Assembly (NCBI RefSeq): GCF_001194135.2
Contig: NC_069001.1
Location: 39,814,593-39,878,592, forward strand
Source of the DNA: Octopus bimaculoides
Taxonomy: Eukaryota
DNA: 64,000 nucleotides
Reading direction: 5' to 3'
Within the stretch, counting starts at the first letter, position 1. Each line of letters starts with the position of its first letter. Of the stretch, positions 1 to 12,972 are shown piece by piece. A program made the position numbers and the translations under genes. Below the pieces are notes generated by a model. That model was not told the DNA's origin, ran no database searches, and saw only the letters and a list, made by a program, of their open reading frames with translations.

Positions 1-29
1 CTCTCTCTCTCTCTCTCTCTCTCTCTTAG

Positions 30-142
30 CGTCCACCGTCATTCTTCCAGCGGATAATTGGTGTCATGAGGACCCCATCTGCTCGTTCAAGCCAGAGTAT
101 TGATTCAGAACATTCTGACAATGAAACAGAAGGAGGTCACAA
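30..142 (+). CDS. cac: CaV2 calcium channel alpha-1 C-tail, internal exon (RPPSFFQRIIGVMRTPSARSSQSIDSEHSDNETEGGH)
   Basis: (CT)n pyrimidine tract plus TAG acceptor at 28-29, open frame from 30, donor AA|GTAAGT at 143. Ends in phase 2, matching the next exon. Confidence 0.8.
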
Positions 143-283
143 GTAAGTCTCAGTCTTTCTACTACTTCTACTACCACTACACACATGCACACACACACAG
201 GGTAACACTTTATTACATTATGTTGCACAGCTCCAACTCATCAGTAACCTCACACATCTAACTTTCCACATAAGACATACTAT

Positions 284-366
<83 letters not shown>

Positions 367-1131
367 GTGTATGCTTAAACTGCATTATGAAATATGATTG
401 AATAACCTGTTTAGAATTAAGGTTTCTTTTCCAAGCTGTTTGACTTTATAAATGTAAACATACAATAATACTAAATTCCAAATGTTCCACCCTTTCTGCT
501 TCCATGTACAGTTTAGATAAGGGGTTATCAAGTACATGGCACTGTTGTTTTATTAGTTTTGATCTCACTGTTTTAATTTTTCAAATTCCCATCAATTTCT
601 GTTCGTGGTTCATGCTGGAGCATGGTCTGTCATAGTCTTTCTCCTGATTTGGAGGAGTTATTGCCTTTCTGGGTGGGTCACAGACCATGTTTCATTCACA
701 CACACACCAGTTCTGGTATAGTCTCTATGGCTGGGTGCCCTCCTTATCGCCTACTGGCTGCATGTCATGATATCAGTACTAGAAGTTGCCTTGTTCTTGG
801 CAAGTATCTAAGAGTTGTCTTAATCCATTCAAGAAGGTAAATGGAAGAGAGAGACCCTTGAGTGAGAGAAGAGAGACAATGATGCCAGGGAAAGAGTGAT
901 AGGGGCAAGAGTGTGTTAGTGAGGTTATAATGGAAAAGCGACACTGATTTGTAGACATCAAAGATTAAATAATCCTCATCATGAGCGGAGAGAAGACAAT
1001 GATCAGAGGAAGAAGAGAAGATAGAAAAGGGAGAAATAGAAGTTAGAAAATGTTGGAGTGAAGGCAGGGGAAATATATATATTAAGCTAATTATTTTCCT
1101 TTATCTTAATACTGGTTTCCTCTGTTTTCAG

Positions 1132-1249
1132 TGTCGATAGAAACCATGATAAAACAACCTGGCAGCGTTCATTCAGTTTCCTTCGCCGTGGCAGTAGTCG
1201 ACGTAAGAAAGATAACTCTGTACAAAAAAGTGAAACTGCCAGCTTACAG
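1132..1249 (+). CDS. cac: CaV2 C-tail internal exon (N-VDRNHDKTTWQRSFSFLRRGSSRRKKDNSVQKSETASLQ)
   Basis: Acceptor TCTGTTTTCAG| at 1131, donor CAG|GTATGC at 1250. Phase 2 to 0 and open, continuing the frame of exon 30-142. Confidence 0.85.
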
Positions 1250-2231
1250 GTATGCTTCATCTTCTTTTTTGCAGGAACCTAGTCTCTGCTGGTAAGGTCG
1301 ACAATAACTTTCACTTTCTTTCTCTTTTTCTCATCTCTTTCTTTCTCTCTTTTGTCACACATTTATTTTCACCTTGACAATGCTTTACCTGTTATTTTTT
1401 ATTGATGTTCTTTTTTTTTTTATTCAAATATGTCAACATGTTGGGTTATTTATCAGATTCTCTCAATTTATTACTAGTCTTCTTAACTAATTTTAAAAAT
1501 GAAATTTTATATCATTTAATTTTGAAATTTTTACATTTGAAATCTAATCATTGGATTGTGTTTTTAATCATTGACCTAATCTACATCCTATTTTTGTTTT
1601 TCTGTTTTTCTTGTTTGTTGACTTCTCAGGTAGTGTATGATTTAATATTTCCCCAGGTAGTGAATGCCCCTGCACGCTGAACAACATCAAATCCTTCTAT
1701 TTTTTTTTTTTTTTTAATTTTATTAGAATGTTGTTAGATTTTATAAGAAAGGAAATTACATAGATTTGATCTTTCGACTTGGATTAGTAGTTTGTGTGTC
1801 ATCTCTTTTCAAAGTTTTATCTGTCTTCAACATATTCTGGTGAAGGAATTTTTCTCTCATAACTCATACATTTGATCACAAACCTTAAGAAAATCTACTA
1901 CTAAATATTCTGTTTTATAAGTTTGCTTCCCAATATTTTTTCTCTCTCTCTTCCATCATCTCTTCAGCACCAGAGAAATATATTCAAGTTTATTGAAAAA
2001 CTTAACATTCTAGAATATTTATATGATGTCTACATTGAATATTAATGACTTGTATCCAATAATTAGGGTTAAATATTTATGCTTCTTTTAAATTATCCCT
2101 TAATATCAATTTGTTTCAATAAGTTCTTATCAATATTTTGATATTTTACTCTAAACAAATGCATATCTTTAACCATAACCTATGACATTTCAGCTCTTGA
2201 AAATTGGAGCAACAACAATAATAATAATAAT

Positions 2232-2675
2232 CTTCCTACTATTGGCATGAGGCCTGAAATTTTGGGGAAGGAGACTTGGGTAGGTCAAGTATATCAACTC
2301 CAGTGGTCAGCTGGTATTTATATTATCAAACTTGAAAGGAACTTAGGACATAAAGAGCCAGAATATAATAATAATAATAATAATAATTTCACGTCTGCTT
2401 TCCATGCTGGCATGGGTTAGACAATGTGACAGGGAACTGGCAAGCTTCAGAGCTGTGTTGAACTCCAGTGTTGTTTTTGGCATGGTTTCTGTGGCTGGAT
2501 GCCCTTTCTAACACTATAATAATAATAATAATAATAATCCTACTATGGGCACAAAGCCTGAAATTTGGGGGAGGGGGATAGTCAATTATATTGACTCCAG
2601 TACTCATCTGGTACTTATTTTATCGGCCTCAAAAGATAAAAGGCAAAGTCAACCTCAGCAGGATTTGAACTCGGA
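2232..2675 (-). mobile_element. Two SINE fragments (~2232-2345, ~2535-2675) flanking an RTE 3'-tail fragment (~2388-2512)
   Basis: Reverse complements of the SINE body (TTTGCCTTTCATCC...AAGTACCAG...AAATTTCAGGCC) and of the RTE tail seen at 14800-14880. All have (TAA)n tails. Confidence 0.7.
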
Positions 2676-3419
2676 ATAATAATCCTTTTTTGTATTAACC
2701 ACAAGGTCTCACTTGTACAGTACAAAATTGTGATCTAAAAGAGCTACAAAACCTGTAACTATATACATACGTGTAATAAAGTGAGGACGAATCAGTGTTC
2801 AATGGCTCCATGCCTGGGATGAAAGTGAATGAACCGCGAATTGGGACTTAACTCCGAAGCAATATTTGGATGAAGATGCGGAACCAACTGATGCACACCT
2901 GTCCCCTAGTGAGAATCAGGATCATGGTCCCCAACATACAGAAATGTGAAAGGAACAGGCCCAACTTATGGGTAGTCAGAGCTTTGCAGTCTTGATTGAC
3001 TCCTTTGCCAAACCAACAGGTGAGAAAAGGTGAGTAGCTGGTGCCTTCAAATGACCAGTGCCCTGGGTAGGCTGTACTAATTAGCCTTGGGTGTCAAGCA
3101 GCCTACGAGAAGGAACACTGAGTTCAAAACCAGGGGAGCAAGGACCCTGCCACTTTGGCAGACTACCTTGATAGAGATGGTCTCTTGATAAAAAAAATAC
3201 CAGTTGGTATTAACCTAAAAACACACCTCATTTGTGAATGAAAATACCAAGCAAAATAAATGACGATAATGGTGTAGGTGCCACACCTGGCAGGTGGGCC
3301 CGGTCATAATCCAACAACTGCTAACCACACTACTAGACATAGTCTTTGTACTGGTCAATATGCTTGCAAGCAAGTGGTCTGTTGCTATAGTGCACCCATT
3401 ATTATTATTATTATTATTG

Positions 3420-3996
3420 TAGCAAGCTGGCAGAATTGTTAGCACATCAGACAAAATGCTCCATAGCATCTCTTCCAGTTCTTTATGTTCTGAGTTTATT
3501 CCACTGAGATTGACTTAGCGTTTCATCCTTTCACAGTCAATACAATAGATCCCAACTGAGTACTGAGGTTGTTGTAACTGACTAACCCTAAAACTGCTGA
3601 CTTTCTACCAAAATTATTATTCATCATCCTTTCAGGATCAATAAAACTAGTCGAGCATTTGAATCAGTGTAATCGACTTGCCCCCTCCCCTCAAACTTGT
3701 TGGCTCTATGCCAAAATTTGAAACCATCATTATTATTATTATTATTATTACTATTATCATCATCATAATCATTATTAATATTATTATTGAGGATGCTGAG
3801 TTGGCAGAATTGTTAAAATGCTGTGAAAAATCCTTTGAGGTATTTGTTCCGGCTCTTTACATTCTGAGTTCAGATCTTATCAAAAGCAAACTTGTCTTTC
3901 ATCCTTTTGGGACCAACAAAACACCACTCAAGTAATGAGTCACCAAGTAACTCCTCCCCACCGAATTTTGGGTCTTGTGCCTGTTGGAAACAATTA

Positions 3997-4050
<54 letters not shown>
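3420..4050 (+). mobile_element. Cluster of three tRNA-derived SINE copies with (ATT)n tails
   Basis: Heads TGGCAGAATTGTTAGCAC / TTGGCAGAATTGTTAAAATGC and body TTCTGAGTT...TTTCATCC, shared with copies at 25270-25620. Confidence 0.7.
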
Positions 4051-4051
<1 letters not shown>

Positions 4052-4614
4052 CAATAAGTATTTAACTTTATTTAAATCTCTCTCTAATAAATCCTAATGT
4101 GTAACAAATAACTTTATATTTTAATTTCAATAATTTTGATTTTATAATTTTTCAACAAAGTAGTTTATTAAGAATATCAAGAATCATGTCTTATCATTTT
4201 CTGACATTTTTCATAGGTATTTATATTATGATTGCTTTCATTTCTTTTTCATACTAATAAAAAAACAAACAAACTTTATCTAGAAACTAAATCTGACTAA
4301 AACTTCATTAATTAGAAGATATTCAAGTCGAAAGATCTTTGTTACAAAACTCTACTGAAGTGTCATTTATAAGAAAGCAATCTCTATTTTCTTCACTTTA
4401 TATACCTCTCCAAATGCTAACAGCAAAAAAGATATTTACATTCACTGAAAATATTTTAAAGAGAAAATTTATAATTCTTAGTTTTTAGTTTTATTTTTAA
4501 TATATTTATTATCAGTTTACATAACTTGAAATTATCTTGTCTTTCACTCATTCTTTGACATGTTTCCTGTTTATGTAGCTGCTACCAGGGCCTGATAATA
4601 AAAGATCCAATAAC

Positions 4615-4725
4615 TGTGTAGTTAAGTGGGTTATTTCACAACCACATGGTTTCAGGTTCAATCCCACTGTGCAACATCTAGGTTCAGGTCAACCAAAGCC
4701 TTATGAGGGAAATTTGGTGGATGAA
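4615..4725 (+). mobile_element. SINE fragment of a second family
   Basis: tRNA-like head TGTGTAGTTAAG...GGTTCAATCCCACTG followed by GGTCAACCAAAGCCTT. Confidence 0.5.
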
Positions 4726-5547
4726 TATTGTTTGAAATGCTGACAGAGCCACCATTCCTGTTCTTGGGTGGTTAACTCAGTCCATCACTCCATTTCACAC
4801 TGCCTCTTGGTACTAAAGAAGTAGTGAAGCCAAATCTGGGGGTAACTTTCTATCTGAGCCCCTCTGAACATTGACTTGTTTCCATTTGACTAATCCATTA
4901 AATAAAGGGTCAACTTTTGAGTTTTGACTCCAATGTGATGTGCTTCAAATTAATTATGAGACTCTTTTATACATCCTCATTTTCTTATTCTCTGTTAATT
5001 GTAAAATGTTAGGTTTGGAGATAGAGAGGTAGTCTATAGACATTGTAAAACTTCTAATAAAAATTACAAACTGTTTATATCAAATAACTTTAGATGGCTT
5101 GTAAACTACTTAATGAAACTATTATTTCTATTGAATACTTTGATTACAAAAGGTAAAATTTTCTCCATGACAAAACACAATGAATGGCTTTTTTACAAGT
5201 CCAAACATGCTTTTAGCACATTTGAACTCATATTAACATTGCATAAATACTTTGAATATTATTGGATAATTTTTTTTTAGCTATTCTTTAGTAAATTTTT
5301 CAATATTTATCAGCGCAATATTTCTATCTAACTTTATCACAAAAATTTTAAATTCCATAAAATGGCACAAGAAAACATATTTTGTTAAACTGAATTACAA
5401 GGAAACAAGATTTAAGATTCAGTGTCCAATATATATATATATATATGTGGATACCTTTCAGAATAATTATATTCGTTTATTTTTTTATTTTTCCTTTCAT
5501 TTTTTCTTTTCTTTTCTTTTTTTTATTATTTTTTTTTATTGTCTCAG

Positions 5548-5649
5548 AATCAAGCAAATTACAACCCAAACCAACAAAGAGGTGGCTATGTTAACCGTTC
5601 TTTCTCTGGTGTTGATGAGACTCAGTTGTATGAAAATCCAAAGTACAAG
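5548..5649 (+). CDS. cac: CaV2 C-tail exon, possibly a cassette (NQANYNPNQQRGGYVNRSFSGVDETQLYENPKYK)
   Basis: Long T-rich tract plus GTCTCAG| acceptor, 102 nt open in phase 0-0, donor AAG|GTAGCA. Not called in the ORF track. Confidence 0.65.
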
Positions 5650-6280
5650 GTAGCAAATTTAAAAAAAAAAAAGAAAGAAATAAGTGCATTCTCTAAAATC
5701 TTATGGTTCCCTGCATGAATTTGGTAATCTTTGGATAATTAACAGTGGCAGATTCTAGATTTCTTAAAACATTGCTGGCTTTTCTCTTTTTGATAATATT
5801 CTGGTGATGGTTAATAGACTTACACTGGTGAATATGGTTTTTTTCCCCTTTTCTTCAAAACAACCCATTAAGTTTACAATACACTGCAAGTTGTTGTTCA
5901 TCTCAATGTTATAAACACTTTGAAATGTGCCAAAATTACCCGACATTTGTAAACCTAGCAATAGTATGCACGTTTAGTACTGTATCATTGTACTATTGTT
6001 TTATAACAGAATTTTATGTTCAATAGAATTATTATTATTATCCAATTTACTTTGGTAAATTATTTTCCAAGTAATTAATGCCAATTAATAATTCCTCTTT
6101 TTTCAGAGATTTATTAATTAATCTTAAGTTAACACTCTTTACAAACAAACATATTCCTATGAATTGGTGTGTCTTTTGTTTTCTTCAGCTCTCTTTTCAG
6201 TACACAATGATTAAATAACAATATTTATAAAGTCAAAACGCAAGCACTTCCATTTTATACGAGAATAATGTCTTCTAAAA

Positions 6281-6346
<66 letters not shown>

Positions 6347-6939
6347 ACCTAAGAATCAATAAGTCGCAAAAAATAACCACTCGTGTATTTGGTCTGTAAA
6401 CTGGATACAATAATCAAAGTATTAAATAGTTAGTATTAGATAACATTATAGTTATCTAACCCATGTCATCTTTGAAAATGGCAGGTATGAAAAAAATATG
6501 GTGATTTCTCTGTTATTGGAGGTGAGAAATTACCTCATCCAGTTTGTAAGTGTTTGGGGAAAAAAGGTTGAAACTAAGTTACAATAGACAATTGTGCAAA
6601 AGATTTATCAAGACTTATGTCCCTTAGTTCGCAAAGCCTCTGATTTAGCTGTGAAGAAACAAGTGTGGTCGATGAAACTATGTGCAAGTGGAGGGGTGCT
6701 GTTCGAGGGCTTCTATGCATGTATGGTTAGTATATGTGTAGAGGGTGGAGGGAGAACTTTGGTAGGCGTCCAAATCTTTAACACCATGTCTATGCTCCTA
6801 GGCATATGTGTGTATGGTTTGGTTAAAAACTTTGCTGTGTTCTCACGATGTGATGATAGAAGACCTAATGTTGGAGAGCCTAGTATTTGTGGTCATGGTA
6901 CGGCCCATGGATAAGATAATATATATCTTCTCTCAAGTG

Positions 6940-7300
6940 GGCTAAAAATCTTGTTCCAGCAGTTTAAGCAGATGTCCAAATGATAAGAATTTTTAATATG
7001 ATTTTTTTTTTCTCAGCTAAACATTATTTTCGGCTGCTATCAAAACAGCTTGAATTTCTCTAAGATTTTCCATTTGATGTTGTACTCCATGGTGCATTCC
7101 TTTAACCACCATACATTCCTAGCCAGGGCTGTGATATTGTATCTCTCCTGAGTATGGATGAAGCATTTACTTTTGTTGACTATGGTTCTGAAAGGAGCTT
7201 CTGTTATGCCTACATGCCTCCAATTCAAAACCTTTGACATTACCTCTGCCTCATATATGACTATCTCCATATTGCAGTGGTGTTGCCTCTGCATGAGCGT
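6940..7300 (-). mobile_element. Penelope-like element remnant, GIY-YIG endonuclease
   Basis: ORF 7040-7294 reads VIYEAEV...HVGITEAPFRT...TALARNVWWLKE...YNIKWKIL, matching the PLE GIY-YIG pattern (VxYxAxV..YIG.TE..FK.R...T.LS..IW.LK....I.W.I). Confidence 0.65.
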
Positions 7301-9071
7301 CCTGTCTCTGTCTCAGGTGTGGACCTTCCTGCCAATATTTCTTTGCACTAGTTGTGTAGTTAAAAGAAACTCTTAAGGTGTGTCTATTAAAAAGGTTACA
7401 GAACCTATAAGGACAATATTTATTGACTGAGCTAATGAAGGTCTTACACCCACAAGTCTTTACACTTTATCCTAATTGTCTTATTCAAAGAGAAACAAAC
7501 TTCAAATTTATTTATTTATAAGATTTTCTTTTGCTTCACTGTGGGATGAATGTTCAGCATTCCATTACTGACCTGTCTGTGTTATTGTAGGTTTACTTGT
7601 CCATCTTAATTAATTACAGGTGGGATGGCAGTGATGAGCCATGGCTTTTGACTAAGTAGTAATACATAGATATATTACCCTGTTGGGAGACATATTCCTA
7701 GAACCTTTGTCCGGCCACTTGGAATCTTAAAAAAAATCAAAGTAACAAGTATGAGTCAGTTCAATCCATAAACATAAGTTCAAAAAAATATTTTTTATTT
7801 CACCTAGAGGCTCTTCATGTGTTTATATATAATAAAGTAAAATAGATGTCTATTCATTTACTTCATGCTACAAATGTTTCAATAGTATGGTAATTTCTTT
7901 GCACATGGTGTATTACATAATATGATATGATATTACATTTTTTTCTATTATTTAATGCACTCCATTATCTGTCATCATGTCAAGCATCATGAACCATTGA
8001 AGGAATAGTGAACAAATTATGTAATATCACATCATTATGTAACACAATATGTGCAAATAATAGTACATGCTATTGAAACATATGTTGCATGAATTGAATT
8101 GGTGACTTTCTATCTGTCATCATTTATTATATTTCTTCCCTGTGTGATATCTGCTGCAAGTGTTGTCACAGAAATCGATTACATATTATTTCATGCATTA
8201 GGACTGCAATGATTTCTCTATCGACTGGATGATAGACTAGGAATACTCAACAGTATTCCTCTAGAGTTGCCTACCAGTTAAATACATGCTGGAGTTGATA
8301 ACCCTGATCGTTAACATTTCACATATATATATATATATATATATAGCATGTATATAGGAGTGTGTATGTATATATGTATATGCTTGTTCATGTAGACACA
8401 CACATGCCTGCAGTTATGTAGCAATCTTTAGTTTAATTAATCTCAGCACTCATAACAAAAACTGAGTTTAGGATGAAGTTCATGAAACAGAAGTAATTAT
8501 GAAAGATCTGATATTCTACATCTGGTCCTTCTGTGTGCGTAAAGACCTTTGCCAGTTGACACAGAAAATGGAATGTCTAACAATGGTGTTCACAACATTT
8601 ACATATATACACACACCCCTTTGTATGGAATGTAGGTATAGATACAGTTTGATATTGTTTCTAAATTCTTTTCTTTCAGGTTTGTATTGCAATAATTAAT
8701 GTTTAGTAAACATATTTGTTGAAGTTGACTAAATGTTTTGTTTTACCACAGGTAGACTTGTGTTGTGTTTTACACACACATACATACACACATATTTATA
8801 TGTACACATCTGCCAAAGCATCAATATCATCTTCATCATTTTCATCTTCATCAGCAGCATCATCTTCATTTTCTTGCATTTCTTTCTAGTTTTAATCATT
8901 TCTTTTTTTCAATGCTTTTTTTTTTATCATTTTCTGTTTCATAGATTTTTATTTCAAGTTGACATTTCAGCAAGTTTTTAGTTTTTTGTTATTAATTCAG
9001 CATGACACACACACATGCACGCACACACACACAGTGTGTGAGTGTGTTTATGCATATATACATACATTCTT

Positions 9072-9121
<50 letters not shown>

Positions 9122-9194
9122 TCAGGCTAAATATGACAGTTTGTATAAAAAGAAGAGAAAAAACTTTAAAAATCAAGATATATCAACTGGACTA

Positions 9195-9945
9195 TGGCTG
9201 GGAGATAGCCATCCTCAGCCACCTTCAGCTTTCCTCATGATCTGGAAATGGGTCTGAAACCTGGCACATGCATTCCTCACTGTGTCCCAGAGAAGATCTT
9301 CAAATACTCCCTTGATCTTTGCCACCAGCTTGGACTTGGTGTTGCAGGCACTGTGGTTGATGTTTCTTTTTTTCAACCATACACTAGACACAGTAATCTA
9401 TGGAATTACAATCAGGTGAATTAGGAGGCCAGAATTTGGGGCTGGTGAAGTCATAGAAATTTGCCAACAAACACTTCTAACTCTTTCCAGAGTTGTAGCA
9501 AGGAGCTGAATCATGCTGCTGCTTCACGTATGGCCTTGTAGCCGCAACCCTCTCCTGCCAGGGATTAACCACAGTCTCCAGCAGCTCCACATAGCTGTCT
9601 GAATTGAGCCTAAGACCCTGTTCAAAGATGGAAGTATGAACTCTGAAATGAGGATGCAATCAGAAGCCCCTGCTGTGTCCCTTCCTGCTGGCCACAGCTT
9701 CACACTTTCTGTTGCAGTGTTTTTAATGCTCACAGGCCACTGAGCAGCAGCCATGATGTTGGAATTTTGATGCCCAGTACGAATCATCATGGTACAGGTA
9801 CATATCTTCTCCAATATTTATATGGCTGTTATTTCTCCATGTCACCTGTTTCTCAACTGGAACTTTAATCTTTCTGCTCTCCAATGCTGTTGACTGTTCA
9901 CCAATAAATCAAGTTGTTCCTGAAAAAAGGGGACAGAAAAATTGT
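9195..9945 (-). mobile_element. Degenerate Tc1/mariner-superfamily transposase
   Basis: GLRLNSDSYVELLETVVNPW...RPYVKQQHDSAPCY followed by WPPNSPD-like and CNTK-like segments. Multiple frameshifts. Confidence 0.75.
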
Positions 9946-10506
9946 CAAATTTAGCCCAAACACTCTGTGTGTGTTTATATACATATGTCATATATACATA
10001 CACACACACACATATATGTATATATATATTTGATGTACATATGTATGTGTATGTGTGTGTGTGTTTGTGTGTATACATATATACCAGAAAGCCTTAAAAT
10101 TTTTTAACAGAGTATTTTCAATTTAGTTTTTTTATGAATGCAATCTTTAGTTCTATCTACTGTGGTTGAATTTTCAAAAATTAGTTTAAAATTTTTTGTT
10201 TTATGTCCATTCTTTTCCTTTTGTTTTGTTTTTCTTAAAGTATCCCTAAATTATTTTATTATTCAAGTATTTTCTGTATTTTGTATATGTTCTTTTTTTT
10301 AAAAAAAAAAACAATATTTTGTTTAACTTGAAAAGGCAGAACCAAAATGTTTGTTCTCCAACTTCTATTTCCACAGTAGATAGGGAACTAAGGAACTGAG
10401 TGAGAGAGAGAGAGAGAAGTTTAGGTCTTCAAGCAAAATTTAGAGTAATTTGGTTCAACAAAGAGTCAAGGGAATCCTTTTTCATGACCTACCTTTTGCC
10501 TTGTAG

Positions 10507-10632
10507 AGCATTGAAATGAAGGATGTTGGACGACGAACCTCAATTGGAAGTGAGGCCAGTGTTGATAACGCCCTTCTCTCCATAGCAGCAAATCAAATCA
10601 CAGCTTCCATGACTAAACTCAACAAAGATGAA
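10507..10632 (+). CDS. cac: CaV2 C-tail exon (SIEMKDVGRRTSIGSEASVDNALLSIAANQITASMTKLNKDE)
   Basis: Acceptor CCTTTTGCCTTGTAG|, 126 nt open in phase 0-0, donor GAA|GTAAGC. Confidence 0.8.
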
Positions 10633-11749
10633 GTAAGCATTTGGAACGGCTCTCCCTGAATTCTGGGCCAACTTCATCAAAACTGTGTTTTGCACCCACT
10701 CTTCTTTCCTACCAGCCTTTCACTTGTCAGTTGGTATTTTTTATTCCCCTCCTTCATTTTTTGTCCTCTTCTTCTCCTCTTCCCTTCACCCCTGTAAGCA
10801 AACCCCTGTATGTACTCCAGCTGTTTTGTCTCTGTGGTAGCTTGTTGTGCTGGAAATGCATTTTATTATTATTATTATTATTATTATCCCCACCTCTATT
10901 TTCCTTCGAGTGGATGAAGAGATGGACTAAGTGGTTGGCTAAATGATTTTCTTTGGGTTATGGTTCCTGTCATGCCTTACTATGGTCAGTCATGTCTACT
11001 CTTATACTTGCTAATTAGCATGCTAATTTAAATGCTAATTAACATCTGACCATGTCTATGCTGCTATCCCTGATTAAAAGAAAAAGAAAAAAAACGATAA
11101 AGCAAACACTGTGTCTTGAGTCCTGAAATGGCACCCAAAATATTCCTTGTTCGACTTCCACCTAAATCTCTTTAATGTTTATTGCTACCTGTCACCTCAC
11201 TGCATGTTCCTGCTTATTATACAGAACTATTCATTTTCCTTACTTAGAAGCTTGCCTGAACACCAAGCAAGTGCTCAGACAATTCATCTGTTAAAAATCA
11301 TACTTTGTTAGATTTTAAACTGTAAAATGATTCTGAAAAAAATAATCACAAAATGACAACCTTATCGTATCTTGATTCTGAATGTGTAAAAATTTTCTAT
11401 AGATTTATTTATTTATTTTATTTATTTATTTGTTTAGTGAACTTCAGTTTTCAAAATTAAGAGATCCCACAGATTTCTAGATAATTTCAAATAGGCATCT
11501 CAGATTTATGCCATAGTTTAAGGTTCTACATGAGCATTCACCAGTCTTTCCATCTAAAACAACATAGTACCATATTAGTTATTTCTGCAGAATCAACTCT
11601 AAATTTGTACACTTCTCAGTCCTCAACTGCAAAATATAATCCTTTATTAAATAATAAAAAGATGATTTAACCTGAAAAATAACCATAGTAAAATTTAATG
11701 CAGTGAAAAGGGAATATATTAAACGGTTGGTTAGGCCTAACAAGGAAGG

Positions 11750-12310
11750 GGAACAGCTCTGTATGTTTTTGGGGGGGATTACGAGGTTTCAACAACAGAA
11801 GAATAGTTTCTACCATGTTCTGCTAGCTCTCTTGTAACTACACTGAAGGCTTGTAATGATATGGAGTGAAGTCCGGTGTAATTAATTAGATGTACCTGTG
11901 ACCCGTTGGTTCACAACCATTCCAAGTTGAAAATGTTGATGCACAGCTGCAGAATTCTTAAATAGCACAGTTCTCCTGGCTTTGGTATGGCAACATGAAC
12001 ATGACCGAGTCTTCCTTCTTTGAAAATGTTCAGATGGCCTTCACCTTTTTTCCTCGCTTTCTTCTTTGTCATTCTTTGTTTCAAGTGAACTTCATGGCTA
12101 CTTCAGCATAAAGCAACGTTTTTGCTAAGTCATCATCAATGCACAATAAAAAGAATTCTGTCAATGTTTTCCTCATATGTTGTTCATTGACAGCCATATT
12201 TATATATATCTTCATTATTTCTGAGCAATATTCTTTGTTCATCTGGTAGATGAACTTGCAGTCTCAATATTGCAGGCGCTCTTTCATGAATTGAGAAATG
12301 AAGATAAGCT
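11750..12310 (-). mobile_element. Helitron Rep/Helicase coding remnant
   Basis: Minus-strand translation gives FSIHERAPAILRLQVHLPDEQ, AKTLLYAEV and LGHVHVAIPKPGELCYLRIL, which are conserved RepHel linker motifs. Stops and frameshifts are present. Confidence 0.7.
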
Positions 12311-12972
12311 TTGTTTCTGTGGCTTTTCAAAATTTAGAAACAAGTCTTTTATTTTATTTTAGCTAAATTAACACAGCTTCAGGTAAGGAGAACATAAACA
12401 ACAACAAACAAATCAATGTATTTTTTAATACTGAGAAGAACACATTGTGTTTTTACCTTCCTTACACATTCCTTCTGTCTTGATGAAGGACTAATACCCA
12501 AAATATCAGCTTACTTTCTCTCCCATCATACCATGAAAATCATTGTTGCTCATGGCTTAGCCCTCTATTATTTACATGGATTAACATCAAACATTACTGA
12601 TGTAGACTCCACTCAGATTACCCTTGGCACTTTTTATTACATAACACAACTTCAGTCTATTGTCTACAACTTCTTTTATAGCCTGATTTCTAGAGGTTTT
12701 AATGAAACCTGTTCATTTAAATGGGTGCAAACAAAGGCTTTGTATTAACATTTATTCTTCCTTCTTCTCCCTTTTTCTCCTTTTCTTTATCTCTCTCTAA
12801 CTCAGTTGTTTTATCTATCTCTTTCCTCTTCTTCTCATTTTATATTTCTCTTTATCTAATTATCTCTGCCTGTCTCTCTGGTTAAATACCTCTCTACTTC
12901 TCTGTCTCTCTGGCTAAATACCTCTCTACTTCTCTGTCTCTCTCTTTTTCTATATATATATTATATTAGCTA

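Noticed and set aside
2760-3230. GC-balanced segment with GTGAG donor-like sites as a CaV2 exon
   Set aside because: No acceptor gives an open phase-0 frame. It resembles a LINE 5' region instead.
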